A DNA stretch of 64,000 nt from Acidobacteriota bacterium. Lineage in GTDB: Bacteria > Acidobacteriota > Vicinamibacteria > Vicinamibacterales > SCN-69-37. Below are positions 50,128 through 60,290 of this stretch, piece by piece. Every line of letters starts with the position of its first letter. The first letter of the stretch is position 1. The notes below the pieces were generated by a model that was not told the DNA's origin, did not search any database, and worked only from the letters and a program-made list of their open reading frames with translations. Where the stretch lies: positions 19,217 to 83,216 of the forward strand of contig JABMNV010000189.1 in the NCBI GenBank assembly GCA_013203475.1, read 5' to 3'. The translations under genes and the position numbers were made by a program.

Positions 50128-52170
50128 CTACCAGATGTGGATGCGCGCCTCGGGTGCCAGATAGAGCGCGTCGCCTTCTTTGACGTCGAACGCGGCGTAC
50201 CAGGCGTCCACGTTACGGACAATGCCGTTCACGCGGAAGTAGGGCGGACTGTGGGGGTCGGTCAGCAGGCGCTGCCGCATCGCGCCCTCGCGGGTCTTCG
50301 ACTGCCACGCCTGCGCAAAGGCCAGGAAGAAGCGCTGGTCGCCTGTCAGTCCGTCGATGACGGGTGCCGCACCGTGCTTGGCCTGGTAACGCTGATAGGC
50401 CGCATACGCCATCTCCACGCCACCCAAGTCCCCGATGTTCTCGCCCATGGTCAGCGCGCCGTTGATCTTCACGCCAGGAATCGGCTCGTACGCGTTGTAC
50501 TGATAGCCGAGCGAAGACGTGCGCTGGGCGAACGCTTCCTTGGCGGCGGGCGTCCACCAGTTGGTGTATTTGCCGCTGCCGTCGAACTGGCTGCCCTGAT
50601 CATCGAAGCCGTGACCGATTTCGTGGCCGATGACGGCACCGATCGCGCCGTAGTTCACGGCCGGATCCGCCTTCGGATCGAAGAACGGCGGCTGCAGGAT
50701 GGCCGCCGGGAACGTGATCTGGTTCAGCAGCGGGTTGTAGTACGCGTTCACCGTTTGCGGCGTCATGTCCCAGAGCGACCGGTCCACCGTCTTGCCGAGC
50801 CGCGAGAGTTGAAGGTGCCACTCGAATTCGCCGGAGCGCGTCGCGTTGCCGAGCGGGTCGGCGCGATCGACCGTCAACGACGAATAGTCAATGTACGTGT
50901 CCGGATGACCGATGCGCGGATCGAAGGCGATGAGCTTGGCGAGCGCCTTCTCTTTGGTCGAGTCATCCATCCAGCTGTTGGCGGTCAGGCGCTCTTCAAG
51001 TGCGCCTCGCAGGTCAGTGATGAGCTCGGCCATCTGGGCCTGGCTCTCTGCCGGATAGTGTCGCGCCACATAGATTTCACCGACGGCTTCGCCCAGCGCG
51101 CCATTGACGAACTGCACGCCACGCTTCCAGCGTTCGCGCTGCTCCGGCACGTCATTCAACGTCTTGGAGAAGAAGGCGAAGCTCGCTTCGTCAAACGCCT
51201 TCGGCAGCACGTTGGCGTGGTCGCTGACAAAGCGGAAGGCCACCCAGTCTTTCCAGGTCTGCAGCGGCGTCGAGGTCAGCATCTTCCCGGTCGCGGTGAT
51301 GGCCGTGGTCTCGGCCATGATCACGGTCGGAATGTCGCCCAGGCCGAGCTCGTTCATGATCAGGTTCCAGTCGAACTGGGGCGCCAGCTTCGCCATTTGC
51401 GCCCGGTCCATGGGGTTGTAGATGGCCTGAATGTCCCGCGAGCGCTCCGGCGCCCAATGCTCCTTCGCCAACGCGGTTTCAAGCGCGACGATGGCGTCGG
51501 CCTTGGTCGCGGCGTCAGGGATGCCGGCTAACTCCTGAATGTGGACGGCATAGTCGCGATAGGCTTTGCGAAACGCGTCATATTTCTCACCCTCCAACAG
51601 GTAGTAATCGCGACCACCCATGGTCAAACCGTCCTGGAAGGCGGCGGCGATGTAGCGTGTCGGATCAGCAAAGTCGGGCAGGATTCCAATGCCCAAGGGT
51701 GCCGCGTACCCCACGGTGGCGAAGAGCACCTGCAGGTCGGTGAGATCCTTCACGGCGGCGATCTTCGCGAGATGTGGTTCGAGAGAAGTGGTGCCGCGGG
51801 CCTCGATGGCTGCCTCGTCCATCCAACTCGCGTACATGTCGCCAATCTGCTTGCCGCTGGCGCCATAGAGATCCGGCTTTGCCGCCAGGTCTGTCATCAG
51901 ATCGCGGACCTGCTGTTCAGCCTGGTCTGCCAGGATGACGCCGACGCCGGCGGATGTGCGGTCAGCGGCGATCTCCGTGCGGTCGTTCCAGGCGCCGTTG
52001 GCGAATGTCCAGAAATCGTCGCCCGGCTTGGTGTCGGCCTTCTGGGCCGTCAGATCGACGCCGAACGCGCCGTAGCGCGGTCCCTCCGCCGGGGCCTCCT
52101 GGGCGCACGCCGTGATGGCGCACGCAAGTGTCATGGCGGTCGACAGGCGAACGAGAATTCCGACTTTCAT
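50128..52170 (-). CDS. M13 metallopeptidase (PepO/neprilysin-like)
   Basis: VNAYY, HEIGH, GENIGD and PHSP motifs. Confidence 0.93.
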   Translation of the reverse strand: MKVGILVRLSTAMTLACAITACAQEAPAEGPRYGAFGVDLTAQKADTKPGDDFWTFANGAWNDRTEIAADRTSAGVGVILADQAEQQVRDLMTDLAAKPDLYGASGKQIGDMYASWMDEAAIEARGTTSLEPHLAKIAAVKDLTDLQVLFATVGYAAPLGIGILPDFADPTRYIAAAFQDGLTMGGRDYYLLEGEKYDAFRKAYRDYAVHIQELAGIPDAATKADAIVALETALAKEHWAPERSRDIQAIYNPMDRAQMAKLAPQFDWNLIMNELGLGDIPTVIMAETTAITATGKMLTSTPLQTWKDWVAFRFVSDHANVLPKAFDEASFAFFSKTLNDVPEQRERWKRGVQFVNGALGEAVGEIYVARHYPAESQAQMAELITDLRGALEERLTANSWMDDSTKEKALAKLIAFDPRIGHPDTYIDYSSLTVDRADPLGNATRSGEFEWHLQLSRLGKTVDRSLWDMTPQTVNAYYNPLLNQITFPAAILQPPFFDPKADPAVNYGAIGAVIGHEIGHGFDDQGSQFDGSGKYTNWWTPAAKEAFAQRTSSLGYQYNAYEPIPGVKINGALTMGENIGDLGGVEMAYAAYQRYQAKHGAAPVIDGLTGDQRFFLAFAQAWQSKTREGAMRQRLLTDPHSPPYFRVNGIVRNVDAWYAAFDVKEGDALYLAPEARIHIW

Positions 52171-52269
52171 CCGTCTCTCCTCAGGTCGGTGGTGCGACGA
52201 ACCACTACCTTAGGTGGGCCTTTCGGGGGATGTCAACGTTGACTCGTGGGTGGTGTAAGATGCCGGACT

Positions 52270-52494
52270 ATGAGAGGGTCCCAGCGTCAGATGGATGGGG
52301 CGGCCCCGTCCGGTTCCTACACACCGGGCGACCTGGAGGTCGAGGCCTTGATCCTTGCTGCAACGAACCACCCCTTGGGCACACAGTTCCTGATTGGAGG
52401 CTGCCTGGGTACGGTGGCCATCACGTTTCATGTGCATTCGTTCACAGTCGAGGCGGCGCGACGGCGCCTCTGTGCACACACGGAGGGTCACTAG
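52270..52494 (+). CDS. Small hypothetical protein
   Basis: 74-aa ORF ending 5 nt before the next ATG; no motif recognised. Confidence 0.4.
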   Translation: MRGSQRQMDGAAPSGSYTPGDLEVEALILAATNHPLGTQFLIGGCLGTVAITFHVHSFTVEAARRRLCAHTEGH

Positions 52495-52499
52495 ACACG

Positions 52500-53483
52500 A
52501 TGACGCTTCCGATGTCAGTGATCACCTGTGAATGCTGGGCGCGAGATGGGTTGCAGTCGATGCCCATGCTCGTCTCGACCGATCACAAAGTCGAGATGAT
52601 CAATCGTGTCATCGGGGCCGGCTTCAAGAAGCTCGAAATCACGTCGTTCTCTCATCCGAAACTCCTGCCGCAGTTTGCCGACGCGGTGGAGGTCCTCAAA
52701 CGCATCGATCGGCGTCCGGACGTCTCGTACGTCGTCCTCATGCCCAACACCAAGGGATTCAACCGACTGGAAGTCTGCCAGAAGGAAGGCTACGGGGCGA
52801 CCGAGATCATCCTCATGATTTCGTCCAGCGAAGCGCACAACCTGCTGAACTTCCGGATGACTCACGCGCAGGCGATGGCCGAACACGCGGCGATCATGGC
52901 GCGCGCGCACGCACTGGGCATTCGTGTCATCGGGTGCGCGGGTACCGTGTTCGGCTGTCCCGTTCAGGGTGATTTGACGACGGCCGATGTGGCCAAGATC
53001 GTGAAGTTCTATCTTGACGAGGGCGCGCAGTCCATCATGTTGGGCGACACCACCGGGGTCGCGAATCCTCGGTTGGTGCGTGAGCGGGTCGGCGAGTTGA
53101 TGGCCCAGTTCCCAGCTGCGGAGTTCATCGCCCACTTCCACAATACGCGCGGCACAGGCATGGCCAACACGCTGGCGATGCTTGAGCTTGGCGTACGTTA
53201 CGTTGACGGCTCGATTGGTGCGATTGGCGGCCAACCGGCCACCGGCGCGGCGAAATACTCGGCCGGGTTCACGGGCAATACGTGCACCGAAGATCTCATC
53301 GCGATGCTGGCTGAAATGGGCGTGGACACTGGCGTCGATCTGCCGAAGTTGCTTGAGGCGGGCGGTCGGGCCGAAGCTATTCTCGGTCAGCGCCTTCGCT
53401 CGAATACCCTCCGCAGCGGACCAGCGATTCACGTTCCGTCGGCGGCGGACAAGGAAACCGACGCCGCGATCGAGACGCGCTGA
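52500..53483 (+). CDS. HMG-CoA lyase-like DRE-TIM metallolyase
   Basis: RDGLQ, LGDTTG, HFHNTRG and GN..TED motifs. Confidence 0.85.
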   Translation: MTLPMSVITCECWARDGLQSMPMLVSTDHKVEMINRVIGAGFKKLEITSFSHPKLLPQFADAVEVLKRIDRRPDVSYVVLMPNTKGFNRLEVCQKEGYGATEIILMISSSEAHNLLNFRMTHAQAMAEHAAIMARAHALGIRVIGCAGTVFGCPVQGDLTTADVAKIVKFYLDEGAQSIMLGDTTGVANPRLVRERVGELMAQFPAAEFIAHFHNTRGTGMANTLAMLELGVRYVDGSIGAIGGQPATGAAKYSAGFTGNTCTEDLIAMLAEMGVDTGVDLPKLLEAGGRAEAILGQRLRSNTLRSGPAIHVPSAADKETDAAIETR

Positions 53484-53507
53484 CCCCGTGTTAGCATCGA
53501 CGCCAGA

Positions 53508-53936
53508 ATGGGACAAACCTACCAGTCAATCGTTATCAACGCTCCCGTCGACGACGTGTGGAATCGTCTCAAGGATTTCCACGACTTGTCCTGGGCGCCC
53601 AACGTCATCACGAGCGTCGATAAGGTCGGTGACAAGAACGGCACCGATATCGGTGCCAAGCGCATACTCAACGGCGCCTTTCACGAGACCCTGCTCGAGT
53701 TGCACGACGACAGCCACACCCAGGTCTATAGCATCGACGACGGCCCGCCTCCCGTGTCGAAGGCCGATGTCGTGAACTACGTCGGCCGCGTCGAGTGTCA
53801 CGCGGAGACAGAAGGCGGCGGTACGTTCGTGGCGTGGTCCTCCAAGTGGGACAATGCCGACGGAGGCGCGGCTGATTTCTGTCACAACGTGTGCGTGGCC
53901 CTCCTTGGGGACCTCAAGAAGTCGCTTGAGCCGTGA
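53508..53936 (+). CDS. SRPBCC/polyketide cyclase-family protein
   Basis: INAPVDDVW…W.P…G..R…E.L…Y pattern. Confidence 0.8.
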   Translation: MGQTYQSIVINAPVDDVWNRLKDFHDLSWAPNVITSVDKVGDKNGTDIGAKRILNGAFHETLLELHDDSHTQVYSIDDGPPPVSKADVVNYVGRVECHAETEGGGTFVAWSSKWDNADGGAADFCHNVCVALLGDLKKSLEP

Positions 53937-55084
53937 AGATCCTCCGTGCTCGCACTACGGTCGTGGGCACGCCGTGGCGGGAGCTTGTCTTTCTAGAGCT
54001 CGAATCTGACACGGGCCTGATCGGCACCAGCGAAGTGCGCATGGTCAGCCGCACCGACACGCTGCTGGCGTGTATTGACGAGTTGGCACCGCGCCACGTC
54101 ATTGGGGCTGACCCGTTCGATGTCGAGCGGTTGGCGTGGAACATCCAGCGCGCGGAGTACGACCGGCCTGGAGAAGTCTCGCAGTCGGCGCTGGCGTGTT
54201 TCGACGTGGCCTGCTGGGACCTCATGGGCCAGTCGCTCGGCGTGCCTGTCTGGAAGTTGCTCGGTGGCAAATTCCACGAGCGTGTGCCTGCCTATGCCAA
54301 CGGCTGGTATCAGGCCGAGCGCGATCCGTCGGCGATCGCCGCGCTCGCCACCGCCGTCGTCGCGAAGGGCTACCGAGGCCTGAAGCTGGATCCCTTCGGG
54401 CATGCCAGCGCCGAACTGTCCTCGGCCGACCGTCGACATGCGATGGCGATCGTGGGTGCCGTGCGCGACGCGGTTGGGCCGGATGTGCAGCTCATGCTGG
54501 AGATGCACGGCCGGTTTACGCCATCGACGGCGGCGATTGTGGCGAAGGCGTTGGAGCCCTTTGAGCCGGAGTGGATCGAAGAGCCCACGCCGCCTGAAAA
54601 CGCCCTCGCGTATCGCGCGGTGCGCAACGCGACTCATCTGCCGATTGCCACGGGCGAGCGCGCGCATGTGATGGAAGACATGCGCGGGTTTATTGAGGGT
54701 GGTTTGGTTGACATCGTGCAGGTGGACCTGACGCATTTTGGTGGATTCCTGCCGATGAAACGCCTCGCCGGGTGGGCCGATCTGTACGCGCTGAACCTGG
54801 CACCCCACAACGTGTGCGGCCCGGTTGGCACGATGGCGAACCTGCACTTTGCCGTGGCAACGCCCAACTACAAGGTGCTGGAACATTTCAACGACTTCGC
54901 TGATTCCTGGGTGCACGAATTGGTGGACCACTCACCGCGTATTGATCCTGCCGACGGCTGTTTTGTCGCGCCCGATCGGCCAGGGCTGGGCCTCGCTCTC
55001 AATCATGAGGCGTGCGCTCGTCATCCCCGCACGGGCGGCCGCATCAAACTGTTTGAAGAGGGCTGGGAGCGACGACAGGAGTAG
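53933..55084 (+). CDS. Mandelate racemase/enolase-superfamily acid-sugar dehydratase (DgoD-like)
   Basis: YANGWY, KLDPF, EMHG, WIEEP, GER and PHN motifs. Confidence 0.88.
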   Translation: MKILRARTTVVGTPWRELVFLELESDTGLIGTSEVRMVSRTDTLLACIDELAPRHVIGADPFDVERLAWNIQRAEYDRPGEVSQSALACFDVACWDLMGQSLGVPVWKLLGGKFHERVPAYANGWYQAERDPSAIAALATAVVAKGYRGLKLDPFGHASAELSSADRRHAMAIVGAVRDAVGPDVQLMLEMHGRFTPSTAAIVAKALEPFEPEWIEEPTPPENALAYRAVRNATHLPIATGERAHVMEDMRGFIEGGLVDIVQVDLTHFGGFLPMKRLAGWADLYALNLAPHNVCGPVGTMANLHFAVATPNYKVLEHFNDFADSWVHELVDHSPRIDPADGCFVAPDRPGLGLALNHEACARHPRTGGRIKLFEEGWERRQE

Positions 55085-55088
55085 TCCG

Positions 55089-55970
55089 TTGGACGTTGAA
55101 CTCGCACTCGACATCAGAACCGAACTGGGTGAAGGCCCGCTGTGGGACGACCAACGACAGCGCCTGTTGTTTGTCGACATCATGCAGGGCCACGTGCATG
55201 AGTTCGATCCCGTGACGGGCGCTCATCGCACAGTCGCGTTCCCCTGGTCCGTTGGTGCGGTGGCGCTCTGCGCAGATGGTGGGTGGTTGCTCGCGGCTGC
55301 CGACGGGTTCTATCGCGCCGATCCGAACACGGGCGCGACGAGCCTGGTGGCGGCGGTGGAAGCAGCCTTGCCCGGCAACCGCATGAATGATGGCTACGTG
55401 GACTCGCGTGGTCGCTTCTGGGCCGGCACCATGGGGATGACCACGATAGGTATGAAAAAAGTGCGCAATGCCGGCACACTCTATCGCCTGGATTCTGACA
55501 CCTCGGTTCATGCGATGGTGACCGAGGTGTCCACGTCCAACGGGATCGACTGGAGCCTCGACAACCGAACGGCCTATTACATCGACACGCCAACCGGACG
55601 CGTCGATCAGTTCGACTTTGATCTGGACGCGGGCACAGTGTCCAACCGTCGCCCCTTTGCTGAGATCGCCCCAGACGATGGCTCCCCAGATGGCCTCATC
55701 GTTGATGCGGAAGGATTCGTCTGGGTCTGCCTGTGGCGAGGGAGTGCCGTACGTCGGTACGCACCTGACGGCCGGCTGGACATGGTCATTGCCATCCCTG
55801 CGGCGCAAACGACCAAGTGTGCCTTTGGTGGTCCTGATTTGGATGAGTTGTTCATTACTTCCGCGTGGATTGGATTGACCGACCAGGAACGCGCGGCCCA
55901 GCCTCTGGCCGGCGGTCTGTTTCGTTGTCGGCCCGGCGTCAAAGGCCGGGTACCGAACCGATGGTCATAA
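55089..55970 (+). CDS. SMP-30/gluconolactonase
   Basis: LGEGP.W, NRMNDG, SNG, PDG and AFGG motifs. Confidence 0.92.
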   Translation: MDVELALDIRTELGEGPLWDDQRQRLLFVDIMQGHVHEFDPVTGAHRTVAFPWSVGAVALCADGGWLLAAADGFYRADPNTGATSLVAAVEAALPGNRMNDGYVDSRGRFWAGTMGMTTIGMKKVRNAGTLYRLDSDTSVHAMVTEVSTSNGIDWSLDNRTAYYIDTPTGRVDQFDFDLDAGTVSNRRPFAEIAPDDGSPDGLIVDAEGFVWVCLWRGSAVRRYAPDGRLDMVIAIPAAQTTKCAFGGPDLDELFITSAWIGLTDQERAAQPLAGGLFRCRPGVKGRVPNRWS

Positions 55971-56088
55971 CGCGCCTTATTGGGCGGTGAGCCGACGCGC
56001 ATGGTCGGCGGCGACCTGACGAAGGTCATCAGCCACCCGCACGCGGCGTTCCGGTGAGAAACACGACGTTGTATTGTTAATGAAACAA

Positions 56089-57597
56089 TTACTTGCTCGC
56101 CGTGGCCGATCGAATAAATGACACAAGGTCCTTCTTCAGGGCCGCGTGTGCCGACGGGCGGATGTACATCATGTGTCCGCCTTCGTAGTAGCCGTACGAC
56201 ACACGGTCGGTGATCTGGCGGTCATAGGCCAGGTGCGTGAGGTTGAACTCGGCGCCACCGACGTACGTGGCCATGTCGTAGTACCCACTCACCAACATCA
56301 ACTTCAGGAACGGATTAATTGCCATGGTTTGGCGCAGTGCGTCCGTGGTGTCCATGTAGCGGTTCTGGACGTAGGTCCATGGCCGCACGTCGCCCGACGT
56401 CGGATACCGCAAGTCTGAATCCCACTTCAGTTCGTTCTTGATGTAGTCCTGGAACATCGCCACGTAGGCGCCCTTGAGCGCCGTGTTCGACGGATCGAAT
56501 TCCTGACTCTCGCCGGCCGCATCCAGATCGAGGGCGGTAAACCGGCTGTCGAGTCGCCCGACGACCAGGCGCTGGTCGCGCAGCAGTTCTTTGCGGAACC
56601 GCCCAGAACTCACTCTGAGGTTCGCCGAGAGGATGAACTCGGACGACAAGCCGGTGAATTCCGCCAGCCGTCCCGCCATCACGCGGCGCTCCGCGTCAGT
56701 CAGCGTATTCCCTTTGGTGAGCGCCAGCATGTAGTCGCCCAGCGCGAAAACTTTGGCCTCAGCGACCACGTCCTTGAGCGCCTTTTGTTGCAGCTCAGGG
56801 CCGAGCTTCTTGTGATACCACGCCGTCGCCGCAAAGGTCTGGATCTGCACCGCCCAGGCGATGTCGTTGTTCGGTGCCGGGGACAACGTCTGGTACGTCA
56901 ACAGCGCAGACAACAGCACGACGCCATTCAGTTCGACGCCATGTCTGGCCTGCAGGTCCTGGGCGAGCCCACCAGACCGAATCGTCCCGTAGCTTTCGCC
57001 GATCAGGAATTTCGGCGACGGCCAACGGTTGTACGCCTTGAGATAGCCCGCGATGAAATCGCCAAACGCGGTGATGTCGCCGTCCTGACCATGGAACTGG
57101 GCATTGTCAGTGCCCGCCGTGGCACGGCTGTAGCCGGTGTCGATAGCGTCCACGAACACCAGGTCCGACTCGTCGATCAATGAGTTGGGATTGTCGACTA
57201 ACTGATACGGTGGCGCCGGCTGAAAGCCTTCGTCCGCCATCTTGACGACGCGCGGGGCAAAGGATCCCATGTGCAGCCACACTGACGCTGACCCCGGACC
57301 GCCGTTGAAGAGGAATGAGACCGGCCGCGTGGCCGGGTCTGCGTCGTCTCTGGTATACGCGACAAAGAACATGCGTGCCGCCACGTCTCCACCGACCGAC
57401 CGGATCGGAATCGTTCCCGCAGTGGCCGTGTAGGCAATGTCCTGACCACCAAGGCGCATTGTGTGTGACGTTGCGGATGCTGGCGTATCGTCGGCGGCTG
57501 CCACTTCGTGTCGCGCGGCCGGTGCTTGTTGCGCGGTGAGCGAGGGCACGAGCGCCGTGATTGCGACGACGGCGGCAGCGAAGAATCGTTTCATCAT
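56089..57597 (-). CDS. S10 serine carboxypeptidase
   Basis: NGGPGS, GESYG and GHMMY motifs. Confidence 0.92.
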   Translation of the reverse strand: MMKRFFAAAVVAITALVPSLTAQQAPAARHEVAAADDTPASATSHTMRLGGQDIAYTATAGTIPIRSVGGDVAARMFFVAYTRDDADPATRPVSFLFNGGPGSASVWLHMGSFAPRVVKMADEGFQPAPPYQLVDNPNSLIDESDLVFVDAIDTGYSRATAGTDNAQFHGQDGDITAFGDFIAGYLKAYNRWPSPKFLIGESYGTIRSGGLAQDLQARHGVELNGVVLLSALLTYQTLSPAPNNDIAWAVQIQTFAATAWYHKKLGPELQQKALKDVVAEAKVFALGDYMLALTKGNTLTDAERRVMAGRLAEFTGLSSEFILSANLRVSSGRFRKELLRDQRLVVGRLDSRFTALDLDAAGESQEFDPSNTALKGAYVAMFQDYIKNELKWDSDLRYPTSGDVRPWTYVQNRYMDTTDALRQTMAINPFLKLMLVSGYYDMATYVGGAEFNLTHLAYDRQITDRVSYGYYEGGHMMYIRPSAHAALKKDLVSFIRSATASK

Positions 57598-58571
57598 GGC
57601 GGGTCTCCTTGTGTTGATGGCGTGGTGTCGAGCGTGTTGCGAATCGCGGTGTAAAACGTCTCGCCGATGAGGCGAAGGCCTTCCTCGGTTGGATGGAGGT
57701 CGTCGGCGCCGACGTATCGATCGATGTCGGCATTCATCGCCGAGAAGACGTCAACCAGCGTGGCGCCTCGTCGATCGGCGAGCGACCGGATCTCGTCGTT
57801 GAACCGGGGAATCCTCTCGGCGTTGTCGCCGTACGCGCCGCCCGCTCTGGCGGGAGAGATCGTAGCCAGAAAGACCACGACGCCCTGGCTCTGGGCGAGG
57901 CGAACCATGTCGTCGAGGCCGTCGATGGCCCGCACCCGATCAGCCGAGGTTCCAGCGACATCGTTCGTCCCTTCCATCAGCAACAGAACTTGTGGACGCT
58001 CGGAGGACAGCAATTCCGCCAACCGACTGAGTCCGTCTGCGGCTCTCTCTCCGTTCACCCCCTGAGTACTCACGGTGAACGTCTGAGCGGTGTATCGAGC
58101 GCTCAGGAGCTCTCCGAGACGCTCGGTGTACGGCGGACACGTGGTTGGCGACAGGCCGCAGCGGCCGAACGTAATGCTGTCACCAAAGGCGAGAAACGAG
58201 GTCTTCGAGATGCGAGGTGCGATGGAAACGGTGACGTTGAAGTTGCACGTCGCCTGACGGACCAGCGCGTCTGTAGCCGTGCATGTCACAACCGTGGATC
58301 CAACCGGGAAGTTCGCGCCCGGCGCTGCGGAACACGTCACCGCAACCGGCGCCTGGCCGCCGCTGGCGGCCGGCACGGCAAACGTCACCGGCACAGACAG
58401 GCCATCGAGTGAGGCGGCCTGCACAGAGGCGGGGCACGACACCGCGGGCGCTGCCGGGGTCGGCGGCGCGGGCGTTGTGGGAGACGACGAGCCGCACGCG
58501 GCCATCGCCATCACGCTGATTGAGAGAAAAAGTCGTTGAAATGTCCGCACAATATGAATCCGCGCGGCCAA
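57594..58571 (-). CDS. Lipoprotein with HYR and SGNH hydrolase domains
   Basis: Lipobox AAC; FPVG.T.VTCTATD; GDSIT, GTND and DLHP motifs. Confidence 0.85.
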   Translation of the reverse strand: MAARIHIVRTFQRLFLSISVMAMAACGSSSPTTPAPPTPAAPAVSCPASVQAASLDGLSVPVTFAVPAASGGQAPVAVTCSAAPGANFPVGSTVVTCTATDALVRQATCNFNVTVSIAPRISKTSFLAFGDSITFGRCGLSPTTCPPYTERLGELLSARYTAQTFTVSTQGVNGERAADGLSRLAELLSSERPQVLLLMEGTNDVAGTSADRVRAIDGLDDMVRLAQSQGVVVFLATISPARAGGAYGDNAERIPRFNDEIRSLADRRGATLVDVFSAMNADIDRYVGADDLHPTEEGLRLIGETFYTAIRNTLDTTPSTQGDPP

Positions 58572-58579
58572 TTCTATAG

Positions 58580-59608
58580 TCAGTCGCGGCCCAGCGCCTC
58601 CCCAGTGGGCGTATTGTCGAGGGCGTTGCGAATCGCGGCGTAAAAAATCTCGCCCATCCGACGCAGTCCCTCCTCGGTGGGGTGGAGATTGTCGGCGCCG
58701 ATGAGGGAGGGAATATCCGTCACCATCGCCGCGTAGACATCGACGAGCGTGGCGCCACGGCTGGCAGCGATTGCCCGGATGCCGTCGTTGAAACTGGGGA
58801 TCAGGCCGGCCACCACATCGCGGTTCGGTGTGCCCGCCGGTGCGGGAGATCGCTGCGGCGGAATCGTGGCCAGAAACACGATCACACCTTGGGCCTGCGC
58901 CGCTGTCGCCATACGGTCGAGGGCGCCGAGGGCGTGCTGGAAGGTCAGCGTCGGCGTCAGTGCGCCAAAAAAGAGGTCGTTCGCGCCTTCCATCAGGAGA
59001 AGCACCTCGGGCGAGTACCGCGCGAGCTCACTCGGAAGCCGATCTTGCCCCGCCAACCGGCCCAGCGGAATCGCAATATCGTCAGCGGCAATTTCTCCAG
59101 GAATCCCTACGTTCGTGATCGTAAACGTCTGGCTCGCATACCTGGCTTCAAGCAATTCGCGCAGGCGGACGGTGTAGGGCGGACACTCCGCAGGCGCGAT
59201 GTTGCAGCGACCAAATGTCAGGCTGTCACCGAATGCCAGGAACTTGGTCTTCAGGATGCTCGGCCGCGTCGCCACCGTCACAGTGAAACTGCAGACACCC
59301 TGCCGCTGAAACCCATCAGTGGCGGTGCAGGTGACGATCGTCGAGCCGAGAGGAAAAGTCGCACCGGGCTGTGCCGTGCACGTGACCGCCGAGACCGGCG
59401 CCTCTCCGCCTACCGCGGTCGGTACCGTGAATGTGACCGGGAGCGCGGCGCCAGTGACTGACTCCACCGTGATTGAGGCAGGACAGGACAGCGCGGGAGA
59501 GTTGGCCTGGACCAACGGGCCTGTCGGCTTCGATCCGCAGCTCGCCACGGCCAACAGGCTCAGCAACACGAATATGCGACAGGTGCAACGGGTGGTAGGC
59601 AATGGCAC
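58580..59608 (-). CDS. Lipoprotein with HYR and SGNH hydrolase domains (tandem paralogue)
   Basis: Lipobox ASC; HYR; GDSLT, GAND and NLHP motifs. Confidence 0.85.
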   Translation of the reverse strand: MPLPTTRCTCRIFVLLSLLAVASCGSKPTGPLVQANSPALSCPASITVESVTGAALPVTFTVPTAVGGEAPVSAVTCTAQPGATFPLGSTIVTCTATDGFQRQGVCSFTVTVATRPSILKTKFLAFGDSLTFGRCNIAPAECPPYTVRLRELLEARYASQTFTITNVGIPGEIAADDIAIPLGRLAGQDRLPSELARYSPEVLLLMEGANDLFFGALTPTLTFQHALGALDRMATAAQAQGVIVFLATIPPQRSPAPAGTPNRDVVAGLIPSFNDGIRAIAASRGATLVDVYAAMVTDIPSLIGADNLHPTEEGLRRMGEIFYAAIRNALDNTPTGEALGRD

Positions 59609-59617
59609 AGCAAACTA

Positions 59618-60229
59618 TCAAAGACGACGGTCATCGGCAACTGAGTTTACGTCCATCCAGTCACGCACAGCATCGATGACGAGCCCAGAGACCGGCTTGT
59701 TTCGGGTCGCGACCAGAGAGTGATCGCCGCGCTCAACGAGCGACAGCGTTGACGTGGGCAGCTCATCAATCAAGTCCCGCATCTCCTCGCGCGTGCCGAA
59801 CGGATCTCGGGTGCCGTGGAGAAACAACATGGGGACGCCAATCAGCGGCAAGTGCCGATCGCGCCGCTGTTCGGGCTTGCCGGGCGGATGCAGGGGATAG
59901 CCGAAGAAGATGAGACCGGTCGGGATGGGATCAAAGCCGCCCTTGGCAGCGACCTGTGAGGCAATTCGGCCACCCATTGACTTGCCGCCCGCATACATCG
60001 GGCCAGTCGTGGTCGCGGCCACCTGGGCCCACTGTTCGGCGAACGCAGCTTCAAGGACAGGGCCCTTGTCGGGCAGTCGGCGTCCGCTGAACATATAGGG
60101 GAAGTCGAATCTCACCACGCGCACACCGCGGGATTCAAGCGCGGACGCCACGTGACTCATCCACGGATGCGCTGAGCCGGCGCCCGCTCCATGGGCCAGG
60201 ACGAGTGTCGGGTCAGCCATCAGGGCCAT
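59618..60229 (-). CDS. Alpha/beta hydrolase (KANL3/Tex30-like)
   Basis: HGAG, GKSMGGR, YPLHPPG and GDHSL motifs. Confidence 0.88.
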   Translation of the reverse strand: MALMADPTLVLAHGAGAGSAHPWMSHVASALESRGVRVVRFDFPYMFSGRRLPDKGPVLEAAFAEQWAQVAATTTGPMYAGGKSMGGRIASQVAAKGGFDPIPTGLIFFGYPLHPPGKPEQRRDRHLPLIGVPMLFLHGTRDPFGTREEMRDLIDELPTSTLSLVERGDHSLVATRNKPVSGLVIDAVRDWMDVNSVADDRRL

Positions 60230-60255
60230 AAGAATATCAGCCGTCGCAGGGCTGG

Positions 60256-60290
60256 TTGATTTATGGAATCAATGAATGTAGATTTATGGA
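60256..60290. promoter_or_regulatory. Candidate SahR-type operator
   Basis: TTGATT-N5-AATCAA and AATCAA-N6-TAGATT imperfect palindromes; GATTTATGGA repeated at 60258 and 60281. Confidence 0.45.

Noticed and set aside
50137..52242. Long plus-strand ORFs (464 and 233 aa)
   Set aside because: Antisense shadows of the M13 peptidase, typical of high-GC DNA
60230..60286. SAM or cobalamin riboswitch before the metH operon
   Set aside because: The spacer is only about 55 bp and lacks the conserved cores; a protein operator is more plausible
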